Below are positions 1 to 11,405 of a DNA stretch of 64,000 nucleotides, piece after piece. Under the pieces are notes generated by a model. It saw only the letters and a program-made list of their open reading frames with translations, had not been told where the DNA came from and ran no database searches. Position 1 is the first letter of the stretch, and the number at the start of each line of letters is the position of its first letter. The stretch is from Monocercomonoides exilis PA203 (taxonomy: Eukaryota > Protista > Preaxostyla): NCBI GenBank assembly GCA_001643675.2, contig LSRY02000004.1, forward strand, positions 186,001-250,000, read 5' to 3'. Made by a program: the position numbers and the translations under genes.

Positions 1-1
1 T

Positions 2-3000
2 TGTTCTGTTTCCACTGCACCTGATGCTTCAAATGACGCAGTTGGAGGAGGTTTATTCTGTTCGATGCGAAATGAACGATCATTTATTGTAAAAGATTCA
101 TCATTTACAAGTTGTTCTGCTCCTTCGCTTGAAGCTGATGGAGAGACAGGATGCGGAGGAGGTATTTATTTGTATCTTGTGGACAGTGATGTAAACTGGA
201 TCTGCGAAAATATCGACTTTGTTGCAGAAGAAGATCCTGAGTTTGAAACAAAGAAGAACAAAGCTCGATTCGGAAGAGATTTATTCGTTTCTTCGATGTC
301 TTTGAGAGTTAGTGTCCAGCGTTGTCGCTTGCCAACCGTTACAATTCCAAACACTTCAGATGAATTTGATCATTCATCTATGCAAGGATATGACGAACAT
401 AATGATCAGACAGCCATTCCACTTCTGTTTTATCTTATTCCTTTACCAGAAGAAGGATTTTATGTGGATGCTGATGGAGCGGACACTACAGCGTGTGGAT
501 TTTTGTTCAATCCTTGCAAAAACATTCTTTATACGCATGCGAATCGACTTGTTGACAATAAACCAATAATCGTAATCGAGTCTGTATATTTCAATGAAAC
601 ATTTGAAAATGATGATACGAATCTAACTGTCATTTCAAAAGAAATTAATCAAAACTCCATTCTGATTGTTAAGGGCGATCTTAACCATGACACTTACAAT
701 GGTGGACTTCTAACGACTCGCTTCGAAACATCTTTCAAATTTATAACTTTCGATCTTCCAGAGAACATTCAACTGTGTTCGTGCCTAATTCATCAGATGG
801 ATGCTTCTTTATCGTTCACAAAATGTAATTTGAGACAAACCGAAGGAGAGCATATTGACTTCATTTTTGTACTGATGAATGAAGGAAAATGTTCTGTTGA
901 GAGTTTTTCTGTAAATGAATTAACATTTGTGGACAGTTGCTTGTTCAAAGTTGACGGAGGTAATGCTAATGTTAATATCAGTGAAATGAATGTAGAATCA
1001 TTAACTGTTCAGTCAGAAACATCTTTTATGTCTTTTGAAAACTGCAATTCACTGATACTCAAGGCGTCCAATTTCACTGATTCACTGAGTGAAACTTCTT
1101 CTTTGCTCTTGGTTTCATCTGGAATCAATGTGACTTTAGATGCTTGCAGATTTGTCAACTGTAAACAGACTAAAACCCATGGATCCGTGCTGTACGTAAA
1201 AGCAACAAGTGCGAGTCAAACAAAAAATTCAGATCCAAGTCCAATTTCTCTTCGGTCTTGTATATTCAGTGGATGTTGTGTTGAAACAAGTTCAATTTCT
1301 CTGACGAAGGGAGGCGCTGTGATGATAGAACTGACATCGGACTCAGAGTTAAGAATTGCAGATTCTCTATTTTCTTCAAATCAAGCAAAGTCAACTGCAG
1401 TTGAATCTCCTCTTAGCCTTGGAGGAGCCATCTATCTTCATCTTGTTGATGCACTTGCCGAATGGGTATTGTCAATTTCCAACTTCCCTGAGCCAAATAC
1501 TCCAAATATCAATAAGGCTGATTTCGGTCGTGATTTATTTGTATCTTCTCCGAATCTCACACAAAGCGTGTCTTCGCATAATCTTCCGTTTGTTTCTTCA
1601 AATCCAACATTTGACCTTTCGCAATATCAGGGTTATGATGGACACGACTCAACGGAAGCTCTGCCTCTTCCATTTTTCCTAATAAAACTTCAAAACCCAA
1701 TATGCGTATCACGAGATTCATCAGAAGCAGTCATATGTGGATTTGTTCATTTTCCTTGTTCAACTTTAAACAAGGCAATTGATCAGCAAAAGGTATCTTA
1801 TTTGCCAGCAACTCTGACAGATGCAAATGTAACCATCGTTGCTGGAGAATCGAATGTTGGATATTTGGACATTTTAAGTGAATTTGGCATTTGCCCTCAA
1901 ATTAATTCTTGGAAGCCAGAAGACAAGCATCGTTACGCAATGAAATCCCTCACACTAACAACTTGGGATGGAACACGAGCAGAAGTCAACTTTGTGCAAC
2001 TGGCTGGAGAACGCAAACAGAACGGTATCATAGACAACGATGGCTCGACAATCAATCTCAGTGGAATCGATTGCTTTGTAAAATCATCATCATTTGGTCA
2101 CGAAGCCTTGTTTGCATGTTCTGCGGGAAGCCTTCGTTTTGAAGAATCTTCTCTCAGCTCAAAAAGTGACTCACCAACAATTAGCATTATCTTTATAAAG
2201 CAAACTGGCGGATCTTTGGATCTTATTGATTTTTCACTAAAATCAGAAACTTTGCTTACTTTAAGTAAATCAGCTATCGTTGTAATAGGAAATGTTGCAG
2301 TTGTTGCAAGCAAACTATGTGCCTCAAATGTCTCTTGCTTAACTTCAAATTCTTTACTTGATCTCAGTTCTGGTTCTTCTTTAGAAATGGATAACTCGAA
2401 TTTTACATCAATTTCTATGCAATCTTCATCTGTAATATACTCTCATACATCGAAAGCGTTATCTATTTCGTTGTCAAACTTCACTAACATCACTAAAAAT
2501 TCAACACATGGTTCTGTTTTATCAGCTTCTCATTCTACTTCTTCTTCCGCTTCTCGTTCGTCTTTAAAGACTCAAAATAATGCGGTTGTTGATGTAATTT
2601 CTGTGAAGCGCTGTAATTTCGTTCAGTGTTCTCTGAATACGAGCAATGCTGCTCTTCGCGAAGCAAAAGGAGGAGCACTTTCCTTGAATCTTTCTGAGCT
2701 AATGGAATTGAAAGTTTCAGGCTGCTCGTTTGAATCTTGCTCAGTTCGAGGAGATGAGTCAGATTCAGGTTGTGGTGGTGGGATGCATCTCTACTTTGTC
2801 CACAGCGCTGTTGACTGGAGCATCGAGGCACCGACATTCGATTCTAATATGGCGAAATACGGAAAAGATTTGTTTGTTTCTGCACCTCAGCTGAATTTGA
2901 CTGTCACTCAGTATTCTCTTCCATTTATTGGTACAGAATCACCGGAGTCATACCAATTTGATCACTCGTTGTGGCAGGGATATGAAAATCATAACTCAAA

Positions 3001-6000
3001 TCGAGCAATTCCACTTCCGTATTTCATAGTTCCATTCGAACGAAAAAGAATTAACGGAGCTTCAATTCCGGTTGTTGAAATAGATGAGAGTGGAGTTGAT
3101 ACTGTCGCGTGCGGATTTGTAAATTATCCTTGTTACACTTTGCAGCAGTCAATTCTTCGTGGTGTTGCGGCTACAAATTCTGAAAATATTGCAGTTGTTG
3201 TACAAAATAACTTCAACTTTGATGCTCCTTATTCTGTTCCAGTGTCTCTTCTATCTCTTTCTGGAAAGGATGCAATTTGCAACATGACAACAGTTCGCAC
3301 ATCTGCCTCGTCTTTGAAAGGAATGCTTACAATTACGCACTCTCTAATTGTTAACAACATTTCATTCCGCCAACCGCATCAGTTGCTTCAAAATTGCTTT
3401 GTTCATTTTGATGGCGATTCAGCCCAAATAACAAATTGCACTGTTATCCCACTTGCGAATAATAGAATAATTGGGCACGTATTTCTGTATGTGACAAAAG
3501 GAGAAGTTGCAATTACGAAGGTCTTAATTGGGGAAACAACACAGACATTGTCATATTTAGTGAATGAAAATCTATCGGGAAAAGAACTGAAAGAAATGGA
3601 AAAGTACTTTATCCAAACTGAGCCAACGGCATCCTTATCAACTGGCTTGTCTTCAAGTTATTCTTTCTTGGATAATATGCCATCTAACATCAAAATTACT
3701 AGTCAACAAAGATCAAACAGAGCAATATCTCTCATAATTTCCAATTGTTCGTTCAACAAATTAGATCTTCTTACTCCTCTGATTCATACAACTGATAATA
3801 CAAATGTCAGAGTGATGAATGCAAACTTTTCCTCTCTGTATGTTTCAAATGGACATGGAGTGGGAATATCTCATGACAGCAGCAGAATAAGCGAAAATCA
3901 CGAACTCAAAATCAGCAATTGTTTATTCACTGACTGCGAAGTTGGAAGAAAAGATGGTATTTCGCTTCCTCCTCCCATATTTTCCAACCAAGATAGCAGC
4001 GGAGGAGGATTCTATGCAAATATTTCCTCTTCCACTCAATTAGATGTGGCACAGACAGTATTTTCAAGATGCGTTGCTCCTGCAGCACGTGGTTCATACG
4101 GTAAGGGAGGAGCTATTTCATTGCAGTTGATGAACGAGAAGGGAGTGTTTTCGTTGACTTCTCCATCATTCGACTCCAACACAGCTGAGTTCGGAAACAA
4201 TATCTTCTTCTGTGCCTGGTCTTTGAAATCTGCTGCTACTCACTTTTCATTCAGCTTTTTAGATATTTCAGTTTCTTCGCCTTCAATTGAAAAAGATTAT
4301 TGCGGATACGACTTGCAATATAGCGACAGTATTGTGGTTCCTTTGTTCTTCTATCTTAAAACAACAGAGAAATGGATCTATTTATCATCTTCTGGGTATA
4401 ACACCTCAGCTTGTGGATTTGAGGACTATCCGTGCAGCTCGCTGCACCATGCAGTTAACAGGCAAACAATGGATAGGCGTGTCTATCTAACAGACAGTTG
4501 TGAGCTCAGAACTCCTGTTGTTTTAGATCAAACTACTTATACAATCACTGCAACACATCCACTCACTGACGATGAAATAGCATCTGGTGTACCGGAAAAA
4601 CCTGTAGAACAGAGAGGAATCATCAACGTGATTCTGAGCAATACAGAATCCAAGCAAAATATTGACACTCCAAATGTTTCAATCGGTTTGATTACTGTAT
4701 CTCGTCCAAGTGCATTTAGTCACATTGAGTTCAACTGCCAGAAGAACATAGCTCCATTTGGTTCGCTGTTCAGGACAACAGCACAAACATTGCAAGTCAT
4801 CAATTGTTCAATTTCTCAGAACATGACTCTTACGCAAAGGCAAGCATTCTATGCCTTCTGCTTATTCAGAATTGAAAACACAGACTTTTCTCTTCTGAAC
4901 CTATCTGTATATGACTCATCCTTCTTATTAAGTGCCATCAGCATAATTGGATCGTCTAATGTGAAATTGAACAATATTGTTTTCCAAAACATGGCATTTG
5001 GGAAGTTATCTTCAGCGCTCTCTTTTGATGCCATGGAAAAGAACAAATCTAAATTGGTGATAGCAGACTGCCAATTCTTAAACATATGCACATCTGGGAC
5101 AACTGCCCTGATGAACGTGGAAGGACCGTTTGTGAGTATGCAAAATTCCACGTTTAAGGAAAGCCGGGTAAATGCTCCAACTTTAGATGATGACGGGTTT
5201 GCGGCATTTGACAGTCATGATCTGGGACTTGAAGGGTCGGTTGGAGCGATGATGTATCTTGGATACTCTGAAGTTGTCATCGAAATGTGTGCATTTGTTG
5301 GAGTCGATGCCAGCAAGGCATCGTTCACCTCGTCAAATCTTTCTGATGTCTGTAAATGGAACGGATCTCTTATTCATGGAGAGGAAGCCTCAATTGACAT
5401 CCACAACAGCAGCATTTATTTCTCATCTTTTGGCGGTGTCTCTCTCAAAGGCTCTAATCTGTTCCTCGACCTTGTTTCGATGACGCTGAATCGCCCGACA
5501 AACAAGAGGTATCCATCTGCACTGCGTGACGTCCGATGCGAAGACGGAAGTGTCACAGTGAGCGAGAAAGCGCAATCTGGAACGCCTTGGATTCTCTCCT
5601 CGAATTGCTCTGTAAGTGTGGATGGAAAAGATGCTGTCAAAGATTGGTTCTTGTTCGAGCCTGTCGTTTTGCTGCTGAAAAGATCAGATCAAACGAATTC
5701 AACAGATCCAGAACCAGTGCAGCAAAATTCAGCAACCTCTCGTTTGTCTTCTTCTGCTGCTTTTATATCACAGCATAGTCTCTCTTCAATGAACACAATT
5801 ACTCATTCAGCTTCTTCGCATGTTTCCAATATTCTTGGCTCACCATCATCTTCTCATGCTAATCTTAATCTGAAAAGAAAAACAAAATATTCTCCATCAA
5901 CTCCTTATTCTTCTAAAGCATCATCTCAATCTCAATTTTTCGAAGAGAATAACTCCAAACAAGGCATTCTATCTGCCATCGCTCTTCGCATAAAACGTCT

Positions 6001-7882
6001 GCTGTCTTGGCGCACAGCCAACGAAGAGCCTGTCATAACAATGAGCATTTCAGGTCAGCTTCTAATGCCTTGCAACATAACAGCAGAGTTCTATTCACCT
6101 TCTGAAGATAGCGCTTTTCCAGAAAACGAAGTGATCCACTTCACACGGGAACTGAATTATATCACAGAGACTCAAGTGACTGTTGATGTGCCATTTTCTT
6201 GGGTTAGGGATAAGACAAGTTCTCAGAAAAATTCAAGAAATGATAATGCAAAAGTTGCTTATAACAGATTATCACGTTCTGATGGAACCTTCACTGAAGA
6301 AACAAAACTCAAAGGAAAAATGCCAAAACAATCAGACGAAGAAATCAGAGAAACTGATGAAGAAACAGAAGAAGAGACAAAAGTTAACTTATTCCTTCGA
6401 CTGGCATACTCGAACCCAGATGGCTTCGTCCGATACACTCAATCATTTTTCTTGGGATTGAAAACACAAAATCAGACAGAACCTCCAATTGTCGATCCAA
6501 TTCCTCCAGGTGACGATGATGGAGATGGCGATGAAGCCAACATTCAACAGAATGTTCCATTTACGCAGACAACAACATTTTTCATTGTTCTTTCAGTAGC
6601 AATACTTGTCCTAGTGATTCTTATCATCATTATTGTGTGTGCCGTTGTCAGAAGAAGAAATAGAAAGAAAAGAGAAAATGAATTTGATCAGCAGCAAACT
6701 CCCGTTGAAGGGGATGTGGAGATGGAGCAAATGAACAAAGTTCCCAATGTTACTGGTGCTCGTGTCGTGTTTGATGTAGATGTGGATGGCAGAACCAGCG
6801 AAAGCAACAGCTCGTTGCGTTCTGAAGACTTTCGAGAAGCAGGACGAAACACCGAGGGAGACAGAAATTCAGACTATGAAAGCAGAACACAGCTTAGAAA
6901 CAGAAGAAGAGTGCCTGTTCAAGAGATGGACAATGAGAATCCAAATTCTTCTTCCTCCTCCTCTCGTGTTTTGACTGGAACAGCATCATATCCCTCAGAG
7001 CCTAATTTCACTGGAACAGATGAAAACGGAAGGATCACAACAAATCCGTTGGCTGAATGCACAGACGGACGCGAAAGTGCTCGTGACTCGAACAGTTTTG
7101 CCGAGTCGATGCAGTTTGAAGAGACAGAAAGCACCAACGCAGAAGAAGTGGCAGAAACTGGTTTCATAAGCGACTCACAAATAAATGGGATGTTTAGAGT
7201 CAGCCAAAACGAATTGAAGAAATCTCGGAAGCCACAAACGTCATCCTCATCGCATAATCAGTTCGGTGGAGTTTCTTTGAGCGACATGGTTCCATCCATC
7301 GAACATGGTGTTTCTCTTCCTTCTTCTCACAATCCTCAACTTACAGACGGAGCACATGCTTCGCAGCTGCCTCTGGAAGAACTTGAAGAACTGGACGAAA
7401 ACAAGCTCATGGAACTGCTGAATGGCACAGACGATGACAACGACGAGCTTTCATCTATCTTCAATGATGTCAGCATCAATGTACTTAATCCGTGGGGGCA
7501 GTTTGAAGAGAAGCAGCATCCAAGAAAGAGAAAGCGGACCAAGCAACTGAAGCAGCAGCAAAAAGAAGACAAAGTTCTGATGGAAATGCTTCAAGAGGAG
7601 TATGGAAAGAAAGAAAGAAAACACAAAAGAAGAGCTCGACTTCAAAAAGAAGAAGCTCTTGCGCAAGAAATAAGGAATGAAGAAGATATTGGAGAAGAGA
7701 TCAATGCAGAAAAGAATACTCAGCTTGAAGAAAAAGAAGGAGAAGAAGAAAGGAAAGCGAATGAGCATGCTTCGCGCAGTCGCTCGAGGAGACGTCACAG
7801 CCATCATCATTCTCGATCAAAAAAGAAACACACACACGAATTCATTCCGTCGCTTGATGATGACATGATACTATCCTTGTAG
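2..7882 (+). CDS. Giant type I membrane surface protein with repeated Pmp-like/right-handed beta-helix modules; 5' end lies outside the window
   Basis: The frame is open from base 2, upstream of the ORF-track ATG at 65. Four ~440-aa modules each carry GG(A/G)(I/M)xL...FxxNxAxFG(R/K/N)DLFVS...GYD...PL.F followed by CGxxxxPC. One hydrophobic TM segment (FFIVLSVAILVLVILIIIIVCAVV, ~6578-6649) is followed by RRRNRKK and a ~400-aa charged tail. Confidence 0.8.
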   Translation, partial: CSVSTAPDASNDAVGGGLFCSMRNERSFIVKDSSFTSCSAPSLEADGETGCGGGIYLYLVDSDVNWICENIDFVAEEDPEFETKKNKARFGRDLFVSSMSLRVSVQRCRLPTVTIPNTSDEFDHSSMQGYDEHNDQTAIPLLFYLIPLPEEGFYVDADGADTTACGFLFNPCKNILYTHANRLVDNKPIIVIESVYFNETFENDDTNLTVISKEINQNSILIVKGDLNHDTYNGGLLTTRFETSFKFITFDLPENIQLCSCLIHQMDASLSFTKCNLRQTEGEHIDFIFVLMNEGKCSVESFSVNELTFVDSCLFKVDGGNANVNISEMNVESLTVQSETSFMSFENCNSLILKASNFTDSLSETSSLLLVSSGINVTLDACRFVNCKQTKTHGSVLYVKATSASQTKNSDPSPISLRSCIFSGCCVETSSISLTKGGAVMIELTSDSELRIADSLFSSNQAKSTAVESPLSLGGAIYLHLVDALAEWVLSISNFPEPNTPNINKADFGRDLFVSSPNLTQSVSSHNLPFVSSNPTFDLSQYQGYDGHDSTEALPLPFFLIKLQNPICVSRDSSEAVICGFVHFPCSTLNKAIDQQKVSYLPATLTDANVTIVAGESNVGYLDILSEFGICPQINSWKPEDKHRYAMKSLTLTTWDGTRAEVNFVQLAGERKQNGIIDNDGSTINLSGIDCFVKSSSFGHEALFACSAGSLRFEESSLSSKSDSPTISIIFIKQTGGSLDLIDFSLKSETLLTLSKSAIVVIGNVAVVASKLCASNVSCLTSNSLLDLSSGSSLEMDNSNFTSISMQSSSVIYSHTSKALSISLSNFTNITKNSTHGSVLSASHSTSSSASRSSLKTQNNAVVDVISVKRCNFVQCSLNTSNAALREAKGGALSLNLSELMELKVSGCSFESCSVRGDESDSGCGGGMHLYFVHSAVDWSIEAPTFDSNMAKYGKDLFVSAPQLNLTVTQYSLPFIGTESPESYQFDHSLWQGYENHNSNRAIPLPYFIVPFERKRINGASIPVVEIDESGVDTVACGFVNYPCYTLQQSILRGVAATNSENIAVVVQNNFNFDAPYSVPVSLLSLSGKDAICNMTTVRTSASSLKGMLTITHSLIVNNISFRQPHQLLQNCFVHFDGDSAQITNCTVIPLANNRIIGHVFLYVTKGEVAITKVLIGETTQTLSYLVNENLSGKELKEMEKYFIQTEPTASLSTGLSSSYSFLDNMPSNIKITSQQRSNRAISLIISNCSFNKLDLLTPLIHTTDNTNVRVMNANFSSLYVSNGHGVGISHDSSRISENHELKISNCLFTDCEVGRKDGISLPPPIFSNQDSSGGGFYANISSSTQLDVAQTVFSRCVAPAARGSYGKGGAISLQLMNEKGVFSLTSPSFDSNTAEFGNNIFFCAWSLKSAATHFSFSFLDISVSSPSIEKDYCGYDLQYSDSIVVPLFFYLKTTEKWIYLSSSGYNTSACGFEDYPCSSLHHAVNRQTMDRRVYLTDSCELRTPVVLDQTTYTITATHPLTDDEIASGVPEKPVEQRGIINVILSNTESKQNIDTPNVSIGLITVSRPSAFSHIEFNCQKNIAPFGSLFRTTAQTLQVINCSISQNMTLTQRQAFYAFCLFRIENTDFSLLNLSVYDSSFLLSAISIIGSSNVKLNNIVFQNMAFGKLSSALSFDAMEKNKSKLVIADCQFLNICTSGTTALMNVEGPFVSMQNSTFKESRVNAPTLDDDGFAAFDSHDLGLEGSVGAMMYLGYSEVVIEMCAFVGVDASKASFTSSNLSDVCKWNGSLIHGEEASIDIHNSSIYFSSFGGVSLKGSNLFLDLVSMTLNRPTNKRYPSALRDVRCEDGSVTVSEKAQSGTPWILSSNCSVSVDGKDAVKDWFLFEPVVLLLKRSDQTNSTDPEPVQQNSATSRLSSSAAFISQHSLSSMNTITHSASSHVSNILGSPSSSHANLNLKRKTKYSPSTPYSSKASSQSQFFEENNSKQGILSAIALRIKRLLSWRTANEEPVITMSISGQLLMPCNITAEFYSPSEDSAFPENEVIHFTRELNYITETQVTVDVPFSWVRDKTSSQKNSRNDNAKVAYNRLSRSDGTFTEETKLKGKMPKQSDEEIRETDEETEEETKVNLFLRLAYSNPDGFVRYTQSFFLGLKTQNQTEPPIVDPIPPGDDDGDGDEANIQQNVPFTQTTTFFIVLSVAILVLVILIIIIVCAVVRRRNRKKRENEFDQQQTPVEGDVEMEQMNKVPNVTGARVVFDVDVDGRTSESNSSLRSEDFREAGRNTEGDRNSDYESRTQLRNRRRVPVQEMDNENPNSSSSSSRVLTGTASYPSEPNFTGTDENGRITTNPLAECTDGRESARDSNSFAESMQFEETESTNAEEVAETGFISDSQINGMFRVSQNELKKSRKPQTSSSSHNQFGGVSLSDMVPSIEHGVSLPSSHNPQLTDGAHASQLPLEELEELDENKLMELLNGTDDDNDELSSIFNDVSINVLNPWGQFEEKQHPRKRKRTKQLKQQQKEDKVLMEMLQEEYGKKERKHKRRARLQKEEALAQEIRNEEDIGEEINAEKNTQLEEKEGEEERKANEHASRSRSRRRHSHHHSRSKKKHTHEFIPSLDDDMILSL

Positions 7883-8522
7883 ATTAATCACTATTTTTTG
7901 ACGCATACATAACAAATATGTTGCGTGTTATTGTTGTTCTTTATTGATTGTTTACTGTTATTCTTGGGTTTATTATGATTTCTTGTAGTTCATCATTTCA
8001 TTTAAGTTATGACTTGTTTGTTTCGGTTCAATTTTTTTTATGCCAGTTGTATTTGATTTTATTTTTTGAAAATTCACTTCATCTTTTTTTTTAAGGTGTG
8101 TACAAATAGTAAAAGAGAATTGGTAAGTTAATTTGTTTTTATAAATTTTGACATACCAAAATAAATTGTGAAATATTTCCCTCTGCAAAATATTGCAGCT
8201 CAAAATAATCTTTGAAATGTTAGAAAAAATTTAACATTTTCAATAATCCTTTCTCCTCATCCCGAAAATCATTGATTCGAACCAATAAGTAATTTTAAAG
8301 ACAAAATATTTCTTTTCTATATTAATAATTCATATCATATATGCAATTCCTTTTGTGTTCTTGGATTTGTGACAGATCGTTATGTGTCCCATAACTTATA
8401 TTGAAAAGACCTATTTAAGGATCTTGAAACTCATATCTTCTCATTCTGGCTTTGCTGGATATTTGATTTTATTCACTTCTTCATTAGTTTTTTGAAAGGT
8501 TAATCAAAACTTATACGTAAAA

Positions 8523-11152
8523 ATGGTGAACTTTACTGTCGCTCAATTGAGAGAACACATGGGAAACCGCCACAATATCAGAAACATGTCTGTTATTGCT
8601 CATGTCGATCATGGTTTGTTTTGTGAAAATTATTATCATTTGATCGCTTATTTTTCGTGATAAATTTTTATAACATTTGTAATTTGTGAATACATTTGCT
8701 TTTGATCTCAAATCATTGAACATGTCATACAGGAAAATCAACATTGACTGATTCTCTGGTCGAGAAGGCTGGTATTATTGGCCAACAACAGGCTGGTGAT
8801 GCACGTATTATGGATACACGTGAAGATGAACAGGAAAGAGGTATCACAATCAAATCAACTGGTATCTCTTTGTACTACGAATTCCAGGTTCCTGGAAAAG
8901 ATAAAAGAGATGGATACCTTATCAACATCATTGATTCACCCGGTCACGTTGACTTTTCAAGTGAAGTGTCAGCTGCTATTCGTGTGACTGATGGTGCTGT
9001 CGTTGTCGTCGATTCAGTCGAAGGTGTGTGCGTCCAGACTGAAACTGTGTTGAGACAAGCTCTCGCAGAGCGTGTGGTGCCTGTTCTTATGATGAACAAA
9101 ATCGATCGTGTGATCCTTGAATTGAAATCAGATCCAGAAGAGGCATACCAAAAATTCCAGAGAAACATTGAAGATATCAATGTGTTGATTGCAACATATC
9201 ACGATGATAAACTTGGTGAAGTTGAAGCCAACCCAGTTGCCGGAACTGTTGTGTTCGGATCTGGTCTTCATCAATTTGGTTTCACATTGCGTCGTTTTGC
9301 TCAATTCTATGCAGCAAAATTCCAGACACCAGAAGCTGATCTTGTCAAGAAACTCTGGGGAGACTGGTTCTTCAACCCCAAAACAAAGAAGTGGCAAGAT
9401 ACCGATACTGATGCTGATGGCAAAAAATTGAAGCGTGGATTTGTGCAATTCATCTTGGATCCATTGTACCAAGTGTTTGATGCCATCATGACAAAGAACA
9501 TGGAAAGATTGACAAAAGTTATGACTCAAATGAAAATCCATCTGACAACAGAACAGGAAGCTTTCACAGAGAGAAAATTGCTGAAGGCTGTGATGCAAAA
9601 CTGGATGCCAGCAGCCGATGCCCTTCTGGAAACTATCATCTTGAACTTGCCATCTCCAGTTCAATCACAGAAATACAGAGTTGAAAACTTGTACACAGGA
9701 CCAATGGACGATGCTGCAGCTATTGCCATTCGTGACTGTAACCCAGATGGACCTTTGATGCTCTATGTTTCAAAGATGGTGCCAGCTGATAAATCACGTT
9801 TCTATGCATTCGGACGTGTCTTCTCAGGAACTGTTAGAACAGGAATGAAGGTTAGAATGCAGGGACCAAACTTCATCCACGGAAAGAAAGACGATTTGTT
9901 CATCAAGAACATCCAAAGATGCGTTCTGTTCATGGGCAGAAAATTCGAGCCTGTTGAAGATGTTCCTTGCGGTAACACTGTCTGCCTTGTTGGTGTTGAT
10001 CAATATCTGACAAAATCAGGAACCATCACTGATTTTGATGATGCATACAACATTGCTACCATGAAGTTCTCTGTCTCTCCAGTCGTGCGTGTTGCTGTTG
10101 AGCCAAAGAACATGAACGATTTGCCAAAATTGGTTGAAGGTCTGAAGCGTCTGGCAAAATCTGATCCATTGTGCGTCATTTCAACATCAGATTCAGGGGA
10201 GCACGTCATTGCTGGTGCTGGTGAACTTCATCTTGAAATTTGCTTGAAAGATCTTCAGGACGATTTCATGGGTGGAACCCAAGTCAAGATCAGCGATCCC
10301 GTCGTGCAATACTGCGAAACAATTCAGGAGAAATCAAGCACAATCGCCTTGGCCAAATCACCAAACAAGCACAACAGAGTGTTCATGGAAGCTGAACCTT
10401 TGGATGACGAGCTTGTTGAAGAGATTGAGAAAGGAAACTATGGACCAGAGAAAGATGTGAAGGAAATGGGAAAAGATCTCGTTTCTAAATACAACTGGGA
10501 TCCAACTGACTCCAGAAAGATCTGGTGCTTTGGACCCGATGGAAGAGGACCCAACATGATTGTCGATAAAACAAAGGCTGTGCAATATTTGGATGAAGTT
10601 AAGGATTCATTCGAACAAGCATTCTCATGGGTTACAAGAAAGGGACCACAGTGCGATGAAACCATGAGAGGAATCCGTTTCAATGTTACTGATGTTGTTC
10701 TTCATACTGATGCAATTCATAGAGGTGCATCTCAGATGGTTCAACCAATCAGATCATGCTTGTATGCCTCTGAATTGTATGCACAACCAACTCTTCTTGA
10801 ACCAATGTTCCTTGTTGATATCACATCTCCACAAGATGCTGTCGGTGGTATCTACTCATGCTTGAACAAGAGAAGAGGTCAGGTCACAGCCGAAGAACCA
10901 AGAATGGGTACTCCTCTTGTGCAGGTCAAAGCCTACCTGCCCGTCTCAGAATCATTTGGATTCACAGCAGATCTTCGCTCACACACTTCAGGACAAGCCT
11001 TCCCACAATGCGTGTTCGATCATTGGCAACTTGTCCAAGGTACAGCTTATGATGTTGGTTCCAGATGCTACACCACCGTCAGAGCAATCAGAAAGCGTAA
11101 GGGATTGGCAGAAGATGTTCCAAAGCCTGATACTTTCACTGATAAATTGTAA
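8523..11152 (+). CDS. EEF2: Eukaryotic translation elongation factor 2 (exons 8523-8613, 8733-11152)
   Basis: Exon 1 [30 protein letters not shown] splices through a GT-AG intron (8614-8732) to GKSTLTDSL. Motifs [49 protein letters not shown] and FPQCVFDHW are present. Confidence 0.99.
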
Positions 11153-11405
11153 TTGTTTTTTATCCTTTAAAGCAGAAAGTGTCTTCTCTTCATTTATTTC
11201 ATTTTCTAATGTGGATGGATAAAATCTCTTTTATCTCCGTTATTATTTGATCTGGATGAAGAGTTGAACACTTTTTTTTATTCTTTTCGACTTTTTACTA
11301 TCATATCCAGCAAAAACAGAAAAGAATATCTGGTGAAAATAAATTCTTTTTCATGTATTTTTTGATAAAAAATTAAGTTTTTAGCATTATCAAAATTCAG
11401 TGAAA

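Noticed and set aside
8614-8732. Intronic snoRNA in the eEF2, RPL21 or GAR1 introns
   Set aside because: No convincing C/D (RUGAUGA...CUGA with terminal stem) or H/ACA structure was visible by eye.
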